From: Spirochaetia bacterium
GTDB lineage: Bacteria; Spirochaetota; Spirochaetia; SZUA-6; Fen-1364
Assembly (NCBI GenBank): GCA_052144915.1
Contig: JBKQPS010000178.1
Span: forward strand, 1 to 61,105
Direction of reading: 5' to 3'
Length of the DNA: 61,105 nt
Made by a program: the position numbers and the translations under genes. Below, one piece after another: positions 18,007-26,072 of the stretch; the first letter of the stretch is position 1; the number at the start of each line of letters is the position of its first letter. The notes under the pieces are model-generated. The model saw nothing but the letters and a program-made list of their open reading frames with translations, did no database searches and was not told where the DNA came from.

Positions 18007-18963
18007 ATGAATAAGAAAAGAGTTTTTGTCGCCGACACCCTGGCAGACGAAGGAATCAAGGAGTTTGCATCGTACGCCGAGCTGGAGCTCGTCGTGAAGA
18101 CGGGACTCGCGCCGGAGAAGCTGATGAACGAGCTGGGGGACTCCGTCGGCCTGGTCGTTCGCTCGGCCACCCAGGCCACGCGTGAGCTCATCGCCTGCGG
18201 CCGGGCGCTGAAGGTGATCGGGCGCGCCGGGGCGGGGGTCGACAACATCGACGTGAAGGCGGCCTCCGACCGCGGCATTGTTGTCCTGAACACCCCGGGG
18301 GCAAACGCGGAAGGCGCGGGAGAGCTCGCGGTGGCAATGATGTTCGGCCTCGCCCGGGACCTGGCGCGCGCCGATGCGACGATGAAGGCGGGAAAATGGG
18401 ACAAGAAGAGCTTCATCGGCTGCGAGCTTCGCGGAAAGACTCTCGGCCTCGTCGGGATCGGCAACGTGGGCAGCGTCGTGGCGCGGTGCGCGATCGGGAT
18501 CGGCATGAAGGTCATCGCCTGTGATCCGTTCGTCGCTCCGGAGAAAGCGGCGGCCCTCGGCCTGCGGCTCACCGAGTTCGAGGATGTCATCCGCACCGCC
18601 GATTTCGTGTCCGTGCATTCGCCCCGGACCGAGCAGACGAAGGGGCTCTTCAACGCCGAGACATTCGCCCGGATGAAAAGAGGCGTGTTCCTCGTGAACT
18701 GCGCCCGCGGCGGGATCGTCGTGGAAAAGGACCTCATCGCCGCCCTGGACGCCGGGATCGTCCGCGGCGCAGGGGTTGACGTGTTCGACAAGGAACCGCC
18801 CGAGGACTGGGCGCTCGGGAAACACCCGAAGGTCATCTGTTCACCGCACATCGGGGCCTCCACCGCGGAGGCGCAGGTCAACGTGTCGGTCATGATCGCG
18901 CGGCAGATCGGCGCATACCTTACCCGGGGCGAGATCGTGAACGCGGTGAAGGCCGGCGCCTAG
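18007..18963 (+). CDS. D-isomer-specific 2-hydroxyacid dehydrogenase, short phosphoglycerate-dehydrogenase-like
   Basis: NAD-binding motif GLVGIGNVGSVVA plus VHSPRT and NCARGGIV..L. 318 aa from ATG 18007. In-frame ATG 17998 and TTG 17947 are alternatives. No ACT domain. Confidence 0.82.
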   Translation: MNKKRVFVADTLADEGIKEFASYAELELVVKTGLAPEKLMNELGDSVGLVVRSATQATRELIACGRALKVIGRAGAGVDNIDVKAASDRGIVVLNTPGANAEGAGELAVAMMFGLARDLARADATMKAGKWDKKSFIGCELRGKTLGLVGIGNVGSVVARCAIGIGMKVIACDPFVAPEKAAALGLRLTEFEDVIRTADFVSVHSPRTEQTKGLFNAETFARMKRGVFLVNCARGGIVVEKDLIAALDAGIVRGAGVDVFDKEPPEDWALGKHPKVICSPHIGASTAEAQVNVSVMIARQIGAYLTRGEIVNAVKAGA

Positions 18964-18974
18964 ACCGCGGGCCC

Positions 18975-19072
18975 GCGCCACGAATCCGCGGAATACCGCG
19001 GCGCGGTACTCCGTGGATTCGCGCCACGGTATTCCGCGGATTCGCGGCGCGGTACTCCGTGGATTCGCGCGC
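18975..19072. repeat. Compound direct/inverted repeat built from four copies of GAATCCRCGGRRTACCGC
   Basis: 28-bp perfect direct repeat at 18997-19024 and 19043-19070 (46-bp period). 18-bp perfect inverted repeat at 18981-18998 versus 19027-19044. Lies between the dehydrogenase stop and the next gene. Confidence 0.9.
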
Positions 19073-19127
19073 AGCCGTTATTGTCGAAGTCTCCGGTGAA
19101 GGATACATTGGAGATGGGAGCGGGACG

Positions 19128-19922
19128 ATGAGCGCAGACATTACGGACATCCTGCGGGAATGGGAGTTCGACTCGGACAACCAGATACGCATCATCCAGG
19201 CGGAGGACGGGCGCCAGGTCCTCCAGGTACGCCAGCCCATGGGCATCGAGCAGTACGAGCTGGACGGCCGCCCGGATGGGAAGAAGCCTTATGGGCGGGA
19301 CACTGCCCTGGACGAGTTCGAGGCGCGGCTGGAAAGCTACCGCACCGCGCACGGCTCCGAGGAAGGCTTCGCGCTGAGCCACGAGGACTTCGCCGCGCTG
19401 CAGGGCGAGGGCGTTCTTTTCTATTTCCGCTACCTCGTGCTGTTCCAGATCGGGGATTTCGCCCGCACCGCGCGCGACACCGAGCACAACCTGGGTCTCT
19501 TCACGCTGGTGGAAAAGTTCATCGACAGCGACGATGACCGCAAGGAGCTGCTGCAGTACAAGCCGTATGTCGTGCGGATGAACGCGATCGCCCGCGCAAT
19601 GATCTCCCTTCACAAGGAGATGAAGAGCGCGGCGGAGGACATCCTGTCCAGCGCGATCTCGGCGATCGAGGACATGCACGACATCGACACCCCTGCCTTC
19701 CAGTTCGAGCGCGTGAGGTCCCTGAATTACCTGAAGGCGACCCTGAAGCAGATCCACGAAAAGAAGGCGTCTCCCGCCGACTCCCTGAAGTCCGAACTGC
19801 AGAGCGCGATCGAAGACGAGGATTACGAGCGCGCGGCCGCGCTGCGGGACCGGATCCGCGAGCTGGACGTGAAGAATCCGCAGGGCGCCGCGGGAGAGAC
19901 TCTTTCCGAGCCCGACGAGTAG
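19128..19922 (+). CDS. Conserved hypothetical protein with C-terminal UVR motif
   Basis: ATG 19128 (MSADITDILREWEF). C-terminal EDEDYERAAALRDRIRELD. I recognise no other domain. Confidence 0.65.
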   Translation: MSADITDILREWEFDSDNQIRIIQAEDGRQVLQVRQPMGIEQYELDGRPDGKKPYGRDTALDEFEARLESYRTAHGSEEGFALSHEDFAALQGEGVLFYFRYLVLFQIGDFARTARDTEHNLGLFTLVEKFIDSDDDRKELLQYKPYVVRMNAIARAMISLHKEMKSAAEDILSSAISAIEDMHDIDTPAFQFERVRSLNYLKATLKQIHEKKASPADSLKSELQSAIEDEDYERAAALRDRIRELDVKNPQGAAGETLSEPDE

Positions 19923-20005
19923 CCCGCCGCGGCACCGCCGCGGTAGAAGGCCCGCGCTTGCCGCTGCTCCCGCGCCCTGCTATTCTGGGCAGCGGGAGCG
20001 ATTCA

Positions 20006-20353
20006 ATGATCAGGAAAAACCACGAAATGGATAAAGAGGTCAGGGAGAGGATGCGCGACGGCAGCGGCTCCGTCGAGTTCCTCCACATTTTCCGCAGCAG
20101 GGAATTGAAAGGCCGGACCAGGCTTTTCGCACGCCTGCGGCTGCCGGCGGGCAGCTCCATCGGGTTTCACCGGCACGAGGGCGAAGAGGAGATCTTTTAC
20201 ATCCTCTCGGGAACGGGCGAGGTCAGCGAGGGAGGCCCTGCCTCTCCTGTCGGGCCGGGGGACGCCGTCCACACCGGCGACGGCGCGGGGCATTCGATTT
20301 CCAATCCGGGTCCCGGGCCCCTGGATTTTCTCGCCGTGATCCTCGTCTACTGA
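20006..20353 (+). CDS. Cupin domain protein
   Basis: ATG 20006. Cupin motifs GFHRHEGEEEIFYILSG and GDAVHTGDGAGHSISN. Confidence 0.75.
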   Translation: MIRKNHEMDKEVRERMRDGSGSVEFLHIFRSRELKGRTRLFARLRLPAGSSIGFHRHEGEEEIFYILSGTGEVSEGGPASPVGPGDAVHTGDGAGHSISNPGPGPLDFLAVILVY

Positions 20354-20366
20354 AAGACGGCACCCG

Positions 20367-22856
20367 ATGCTTTTTTTCAGACGCCGACGACATTTCGAGC
20401 GGCTTGCAACGTCGTTTCGCTGGCTCGATCCGAAACCGTTCGCCGTGAAGCGCGAGGTTTCCTACGCCACGGCATACGAGGGACGGGCCTACGTCCTGAG
20501 GCTGAGGAAGGACAGCGTGTTCGCCTGGGAGACTCTCTCGGACGAGCAGCGATTCACGGACTTCATCCTCGAAGCCGAGGTGGAACCGGATCCGTCGAAC
20601 GGACATTCCGCGGCCGGGGTGATCTTCCGTCATGTCAGCGACGAGAACTTCTACTCCTTCCTGGTGTCCTCCCGGGGGAACTTCCGCGTCGACGCCCTCT
20701 TCAACAACCACCCGATGCCGCTCGTCGACTGGACCCGCGTGCCCGCGCCGGACCCCGAGCAGGGACGCGCAGGCGCCGCGGGCAGGGTCCTCCGCGTCAT
20801 CAGTCACGGATCCCGGCATGCGTTGTTCGTGGACGACGAATGGGTCGCCGAGGTGGAAGACGAGATGCTTCCCGAGGGGAGCGTCGGCTTCGCCGCGCAG
20901 AACTTCGCCGATTCGGGCCCCGGGGCGTTTCGGCTCCGCCGCCTCCTGGTGGAGGCGCGCCCCCTCATCGTGGAACGGGATCATCAGCGTTCGTGGTACT
21001 ACGCGCCCGTGTCTCCCGCGGCCCGACTGCGGCTGGCCGAGACGCTCTCCGCGTCCGGCAGCTTCCGACCAGCGGCCGTTCAGCTGCGGAAGGGCCTCAA
21101 GGGCCGCGAGGGAACCCCGCGGGAGCATTTTCTGCTCGCCGAAACCTTCATGCGGCTGTCGATGTACGACGATGCGCTGTCCGAGGTGGACCTCGTGCTC
21201 GCGGCGCAGCCCGCCCATGCCGAGGCGAGGCTGGAAAAGGCCAATCTCCTGTACCTGTCGCACCGGCTGCTGGAGGCGCGCGAATGGGTGCGGCAGGGTT
21301 TTGCGGACGGGTCCATCGCCCGCAGCTCCGTTTCGTGGAATCTCCTGGGAAACGCGGAATACGGCCTGGGCAACTGGGAGAAGGCGGCCGAGGCGTACCG
21401 CGCGGCCGCCGATGAACAGCCGGAGTTGCCTCTTTTCGCGCAGAACGCGGCGCGGGCACTCGAGCAGGCCGGCCGCATCGACGAGGCCGTTCCGCTGTAT
21501 CTCCTCGCCGCCCGGCGGCTGTTCGCCGACGAAGCCTTCGACGAGCTTTCCCTCGTCGTCCCGCGCCTGCGCAGTCTCGCGCCGCAGCACCCCGAGGCCC
21601 TCGCGCTCGAAGCGAAGATGCTGTACCGCGAGGGAAAGACCGACGAAGCCTTCACGATCCTCCGGCAGCTCGAGGACGAGGGGACCTCCGACAGCGCGGT
21701 GCACTACCTGCTGGGGATCATCCTGTCCGGAAGGGGGGCGAGAGCCGAAGCGCTGCCGCGCTTCGCGCGCGCCGCGGCGCTGGAGCCGGAGTACCCGCTC
21801 TACCACTTCCGACTCGCCGAGACGCTGCATTTCCTGGGACACGATCCGCGGGAGTCCCTTGCGCGCGCGCGGGGTCTCGCGCCGGCGGATCCCTGGGTGA
21901 ACAATCTCGAGGGTCAGCTGCTCCTGGAAGCGGGGGATCCCGCCGCGGCCGTGGGGTTCCTGCGCACGGCGCGCGACGCGGCTCCCGGGGAGGAGGACAT
22001 CTGCCTGAACCTCTCGGAAGCTCTCTCCCGCGGGGGTCGTGGCGAAGAGGCGCTCGAGGTCGTCGACGCATACACCCGGGGGGCAGGGGAAAACGCGCGC
22101 ACGCAGAACCAGCGCGGGAACATCCTCGCGCGCGCGGGTGACAACCAGGGTGCGGTGCGCGAGTACGAGAAAGCCGTCCGCATGGATCCCGAAAATCCCT
22201 CCTACAAGGAGAACTGCGCCGCGGCGTGCATCGAGCTGGACATGGTGCATCGTGCGGAGGAGCTCCTGGCGCAGGTCGAGCCCGAGCACCCATCGGCCTC
22301 GGTGTACAACCTGCTCGGCCAGGTGGCATTTCTCAAGGGCGAGCGGGCGCGCGCCGAGCTCGCCTTTTCCGCGGGGCTGGAGCGGGAACCCGGCAATCCC
22401 GACATCTCCGTGAACCTCGCGCTCCTGCAGCGGGAGCGGGGCAAGCACGACGAGGCGCGGCAGCTGGTCCTCTCTGTCCTGTCCACGCATCCCGGCCATG
22501 CGCGCGCCCGCGCGCTGCTGGACCGCATCAGGGCCGAGCGTGAAATGAGGCTCCAGTGCGCGACGTGCGGCAGGGAATGGTGGGCACCCCGCGACCTTCC
22601 CCCGCAGCCGGCCCTGCACGTGCGCGGCGAGCCGCCAGCGGAGGCGCCCGCCGGGCGCTGCCCGGCCTGCCGGAAGGTGTACTGCGTCGGCTGCGCCTCG
22701 GCGCACCTGCGGGAGATGCGGTTTTTCTGCCCGGATGATGGAGAGTATCTCAAGCTCTCGGATGACTCGCTGAAATGGCTGCTCGCGGGCGCGCTGGAAG
22801 CCCCGCCCGCTGCATCGCCGAAGGCGGATTCTGCATCGCCGAAGGCGTCGCCTTGA
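20367..22856 (+). CDS. Multidomain TPR protein: N-terminal jelly-roll-like (DUF1080/LamG-like) domain, TPR array, C-terminal Cys-rich zinc-ribbon-like tail
   Basis: 829 aa. The N-terminus has AAGVIFRHVSDENFYSFLV..GSVGFAAQ. There are many TPR-like A/L/E/Y repeats. The C-terminus has CATCG..CPACRKVYCVGC..FCPDDG. The last 14 codons are encoded by a tandem repeat. Confidence 0.8.
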   Translation: MLFFRRRRHFERLATSFRWLDPKPFAVKREVSYATAYEGRAYVLRLRKDSVFAWETLSDEQRFTDFILEAEVEPDPSNGHSAAGVIFRHVSDENFYSFLVSSRGNFRVDALFNNHPMPLVDWTRVPAPDPEQGRAGAAGRVLRVISHGSRHALFVDDEWVAEVEDEMLPEGSVGFAAQNFADSGPGAFRLRRLLVEARPLIVERDHQRSWYYAPVSPAARLRLAETLSASGSFRPAAVQLRKGLKGREGTPREHFLLAETFMRLSMYDDALSEVDLVLAAQPAHAEARLEKANLLYLSHRLLEAREWVRQGFADGSIARSSVSWNLLGNAEYGLGNWEKAAEAYRAAADEQPELPLFAQNAARALEQAGRIDEAVPLYLLAARRLFADEAFDELSLVVPRLRSLAPQHPEALALEAKMLYREGKTDEAFTILRQLEDEGTSDSAVHYLLGIILSGRGARAEALPRFARAAALEPEYPLYHFRLAETLHFLGHDPRESLARARGLAPADPWVNNLEGQLLLEAGDPAAAVGFLRTARDAAPGEEDICLNLSEALSRGGRGEEALEVVDAYTRGAGENARTQNQRGNILARAGDNQGAVREYEKAVRMDPENPSYKENCAAACIELDMVHRAEELLAQVEPEHPSASVYNLLGQVAFLKGERARAELAFSAGLEREPGNPDISVNLALLQRERGKHDEARQLVLSVLSTHPGHARARALLDRIRAEREMRLQCATCGREWWAPRDLPPQPALHVRGEPPAEAPAGRCPACRKVYCVGCASAHLREMRFFCPDDGEYLKLSDDSLKWLLAGALEAPPAASPKADSASPKASP
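22811..22847. repeat. Two tandem copies of TGCATCGCCGAAGGCG (21-bp period) at the 3' end of the TPR gene
   Basis: Copies at 22811-22826 and 22832-22847. They share the core CGCCGAAGGCG (reverse complement CGCCTTCGGCG) with the 13712-13753 repeat and encode ASPKADSASPKASP. Confidence 0.8.
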
Positions 22857-22890
22857 CAAAGGCGGGTGCATCATTAGTATGGGGTGAGCC

Positions 22891-23571
22891 TTGAACCGAA
22901 ACGCCGCATCCCTCCTCATTTTCTGCCTCCTCGTGCCTCTGGGCGCCTTTGCGCAGTCGACGGACATGGTGTCCGCCGAGAAGTTTTTCGCGAACCTTTC
23001 GGCCAGCTACGGAACTGTCAAGGACTACGAAGCGGCCCTCACGATCACCCAGGGCAAGTCGGTCTCCCGAGGGACCATCTCGTACAAGTCGCCGCTGTAC
23101 CTCTTCATCCGGTTCGACGACCCGGCCAACCAGGTGATCTGCTTCGACGGGGAAAAGCTCACCGTCTACCTGCCCGCCGAGCAGGTTGTGCTGCAGCAGA
23201 GGTACAAGAAGAAGACTCCGAACCAGATCGAGGCGCTCGCCACCAGTCAGGGACTGGCCCTGCTGCAGCGAAGCTATTCCATTGCCTATCTCACCGGCCC
23301 TGCCGCGGTTCCGCTGGAGGAGGGCTCGAAGGAGATGGTGGTGAAGCTGAAGCTCGTTTCCCGGGGCACCTCGAGCTACAGCCAGATGATCGTTTCCGTG
23401 AAGGATTCTCTCATCCGCAGGGTGGAGGGTTTGCAGCCCAGCGGCGACAAGGTGGTCATGGATTTCGCGAACATCAGGACCAACCAGGGCGTGCCCGATT
23501 CCCGGTTCGCCTACGATGCCCCTCCCTACGCGAACGTCATCCAGGACTGGCTCTTCGACCCGGAGCAGTAG
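22891..23571 (+). CDS. LolA-like outer-membrane lipoprotein carrier family protein
   Basis: TTG start. Signal peptide LLIFCLLVPLGAFAQ. FFANLSASYGTVKDYEA..YKSPLYLFIRFDDP is typical of the LolA-like fold. Confidence 0.7.
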   Translation: MNRNAASLLIFCLLVPLGAFAQSTDMVSAEKFFANLSASYGTVKDYEAALTITQGKSVSRGTISYKSPLYLFIRFDDPANQVICFDGEKLTVYLPAEQVVLQQRYKKKTPNQIEALATSQGLALLQRSYSIAYLTGPAAVPLEEGSKEMVVKLKLVSRGTSSYSQMIVSVKDSLIRRVEGLQPSGDKVVMDFANIRTNQGVPDSRFAYDAPPYANVIQDWLFDPEQ

Positions 23572-23577
23572 GAAGTC

Positions 23578-24678
23578 ATGGAATCGATCGGTGAGAAGCT
23601 TCGACTCGCCCGGGAGCGCAACAACCTGACCATCGACCAGGTGGCCCGGGAGACGCACGTCGCGAAGCGCTTCCTGAAGGCGCTGGAGGACGAAGACTTC
23701 GCCGCTTTTCCCGGTGAGACGTACGCCATGGGTTTCCTGCGCAGCTACGCGGAGTACCTCGGCCTGAACGCGGAAGAGCTGGTGGGGATCTACCGCAACA
23801 TCAAGATCCAGGAGCAGCCGCTTCCCATGAACGAGCTGCTGGAGTCCAAGCCCCGGCTGCCGCCGATGCGGATCATCGTCTTCGCCGTGGCCGCGGTTCT
23901 TGCCCTTGCCGCGGTGGGGTATCTCGTGTACCGCGCCACCGCCCGCGCCGCCGGCCCCGCGGCTTCCGCCCAGAATCCCTCGCAGCCGGCCTCGGATTTC
24001 GTGTTCCAGGACGACGTCCGCACGCAGTGGTTCGCCCAGGGAGACGGCATTTCCATTCCCCTCAACGGGAAAAACTACCGGATCGTGGTCTTCTCCATCG
24101 GCGACAACCTCACGCTGAAGGTTCCGGGGGGCACGGTCGACCTCGGTCTCGGCAAGGAGAGGTACATCGATCTCACCGGGGACGCCAACCCCGAGATCCG
24201 GATCGTCTGGAACGACGTTGACCGGGGCCCGCCGCAGAAGCGGGTGAATCTTGGCCTGTACCGCACGACGGGCCCGGCCGCGGCAGGTACGACGACGGAC
24301 GCTACGCCGACTGCCCCCGCCGGCTCCGACACGCCGACGGTTCACCCGGATACCTTCAAGCCCGTCACGGTCGCGCAGGCGGCGCAGTCCGGGCTCTTCA
24401 CGTTGGACTTTACATTCAAGAACGACTGCTTCTTCCGCTATCTTGTCGATTCGGGCGACCGCGAGGACCGCTTTTTTCAGAAAGGCGAGCAGTTCACCAT
24501 CGACACGGCCCGCAGGCAGGTGACGGTGTGGCTCTCCAACGCCGGGGCGACGCGCATGCGTGTCCAGGGCAGGGATTTCGAGCTGGGTGATCTCGGAGAA
24601 GTGGCCACCCGAAGGATCGCCTGGCGAAGCGACGCGGCCTCCGGCGGGTATGTCCTCGAGATCACGCCCCTGTACTAA
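23578..24678 (+). CDS. rodZ: RodZ-like cytoskeleton protein (HTH, TM, Pro/Ala-rich linker, DUF4115-like C-terminus)
   Basis: N-terminal HTH IGEKLRLARERNNLTIDQVARETHVAKRFLKALE. TM segment IIVFAVAAVLALAAVGYLV. The C-terminal beta domain ends in a VWLSNAG-like motif. Confidence 0.75.
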   Translation: MESIGEKLRLARERNNLTIDQVARETHVAKRFLKALEDEDFAAFPGETYAMGFLRSYAEYLGLNAEELVGIYRNIKIQEQPLPMNELLESKPRLPPMRIIVFAVAAVLALAAVGYLVYRATARAAGPAASAQNPSQPASDFVFQDDVRTQWFAQGDGISIPLNGKNYRIVVFSIGDNLTLKVPGGTVDLGLGKERYIDLTGDANPEIRIVWNDVDRGPPQKRVNLGLYRTTGPAAAGTTTDATPTAPAGSDTPTVHPDTFKPVTVAQAAQSGLFTLDFTFKNDCFFRYLVDSGDREDRFFQKGEQFTIDTARRQVTVWLSNAGATRMRVQGRDFELGDLGEVATRRIAWRSDAASGGYVLEITPLY

Positions 24679-24692
24679 GCCCGGTTCCCGGT

Positions 24693-26072
24693 ATGATGGA
24701 GGCTGAAGCCGCCCGCGGCCGCGCCTTTCACGTCGAAAGCCTCGGGTGCGCGAAAAACCAGGTGGACTCGGAACGGATGATCGCCGCGCTGCTCGGAGCA
24801 GGGTGGCGCCTGGCCGCGGCTCCCGAGGAGGCGGACGTCCTCATCGTGAATACCTGCGGATTCATCTCTTCGGCCAAGAAGGAATCCATCGAGACGAGCC
24901 TCGAGCTCAAGGAGCGGTACCCCGGGAAAAAGGTCGTCATGGTCGGCTGCCTGCCGGAGCGCTACGGAGAGGATCTCGCGCGGCAGCTGCCCGAGATCGA
25001 CGGCTTTCTCGGCAACAAGGACCCTTCGAAAATCCGCGACCTCCTTTCCGCGGAGCACGATCCCGCGCCACGCCCCCGGTCTGCGCCCGGCCCCCGGGCC
25101 TTTGAACGCTCCCACCTCCTGTCCTTTCCCGGGAGCGCGTACCTGAAGATCGCGGAAGGATGCGGGAACCGCTGCACCTACTGCGCCATCCCCCTCATTC
25201 GGGGCAGCCTTGCCAGCCGGCAGCCTTCGGAGATCGTCGAGGAGGCCCGTCAGCTCCTCGATCGTGGAATCAGCGAGCTGGTCCTGATCGCCCAGGACCT
25301 GGGGTCCTACGGACGCGACTTCGGCGCAGAATCCGCGGGGTACCGCGATGCAGAATCCGCGGGGTACCGCGGCGCAGCCTCGGCGCTGCCCGGCCTGCTC
25401 GCCGATCTTTCAGCCCTGCCCGGCGATTTCTGGGTCCGCCTTCTCTACATCCATCCCGACCACTTCCCGCGCGGCATTCTCGACGTCATGGGGCGCGACC
25501 CGCGATTCCTGCCCTATTTCGACCTGCCCTTCCAGCACGCCGCGCCGAAAGTGCTGCGGGCCATGGGGAGGCGCGCCGACCCGGAGGCGAACCTCGCCCT
25601 CCTCGGCCGGATCCGTGAGGCGCTCCCCGCTTCCGTCATACGGTCGACGTTTCTCCTGGGCTTCCCCGGCGAGACGGAGCGAGACTTCGAGGAGCTGCTC
25701 TCCTTCCAGTCCCTCGCCCGACCAGACTGGCTGGGGTGCTTCACCTATTCCCGGGAGGAGGACACGCCTGCCTACAGGATGGCCGACAGGGTGCCGAAGG
25801 CAGTCGCTGAATCGCGCAAAGCGGAGGTGGAGAGGAGACAGGGCCCGATCACCGAACGCGCGCTGGAGGCGCATGTCGGCAAGGTCCTCGAGGTCCTCGT
25901 CGAGGAGAGAGTCGAGGGGGAGGAGATGTCCCTGGCCCGGGCGTACCTCCAGGCCCCCGACGTGGACGGGCTGGTCGTGGTCCGGCGCAGCCTGCCGCCG
26001 GGGAGCCGATGCGCCGTGATGATCGAGCGGCGCAACGGCGTGGACCTCGAAGGATCTCCGCATGAGCGATGA
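24693..26072 (+). CDS. rimO: Ribosomal protein S12 methylthiotransferase RimO (radical SAM, TRAM)
   Basis: N-terminal SLGCAKNQVDSE, radical-SAM CGNRCTYCAIP, and a C-terminal TRAM domain (GKVLEVLVEE). Contains an in-frame 24-bp tandem repeat. Confidence 0.88.
   Translation: MMEAEAARGRAFHVESLGCAKNQVDSERMIAALLGAGWRLAAAPEEADVLIVNTCGFISSAKKESIETSLELKERYPGKKVVMVGCLPERYGEDLARQLPEIDGFLGNKDPSKIRDLLSAEHDPAPRPRSAPGPRAFERSHLLSFPGSAYLKIAEGCGNRCTYCAIPLIRGSLASRQPSEIVEEARQLLDRGISELVLIAQDLGSYGRDFGAESAGYRDAESAGYRGAASALPGLLADLSALPGDFWVRLLYIHPDHFPRGILDVMGRDPRFLPYFDLPFQHAAPKVLRAMGRRADPEANLALLGRIREALPASVIRSTFLLGFPGETERDFEELLSFQSLARPDWLGCFTYSREEDTPAYRMADRVPKAVAESRKAEVERRQGPITERALEAHVGKVLEVLVEERVEGEEMSLARAYLQAPDVDGLVVVRRSLPPGSRCAVMIERRNGVDLEGSPHER
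25326..25371 (+). repeat. In-frame tandem duplication (22 bp perfect, 24-bp period) carrying GAATCCGCGGGGTACCGC inside rimO
   Basis: GCAGAATCCGCGGGGTACCGCG at 25326-25347 and 25350-25371. Encodes AESAGYRD-AESAGYRG. Confidence 0.92.

Noticed and set aside
18975-19072. Possible mini-CRISPR array (23-28 bp repeats with a 46-bp period).
   Set aside because: There are only two direct copies. The apparent spacers are themselves inverted copies of the same motif. No cas genes are present in the window. The same motif also occurs inside coding regions, so this is a REP-like repeat and not a CRISPR.
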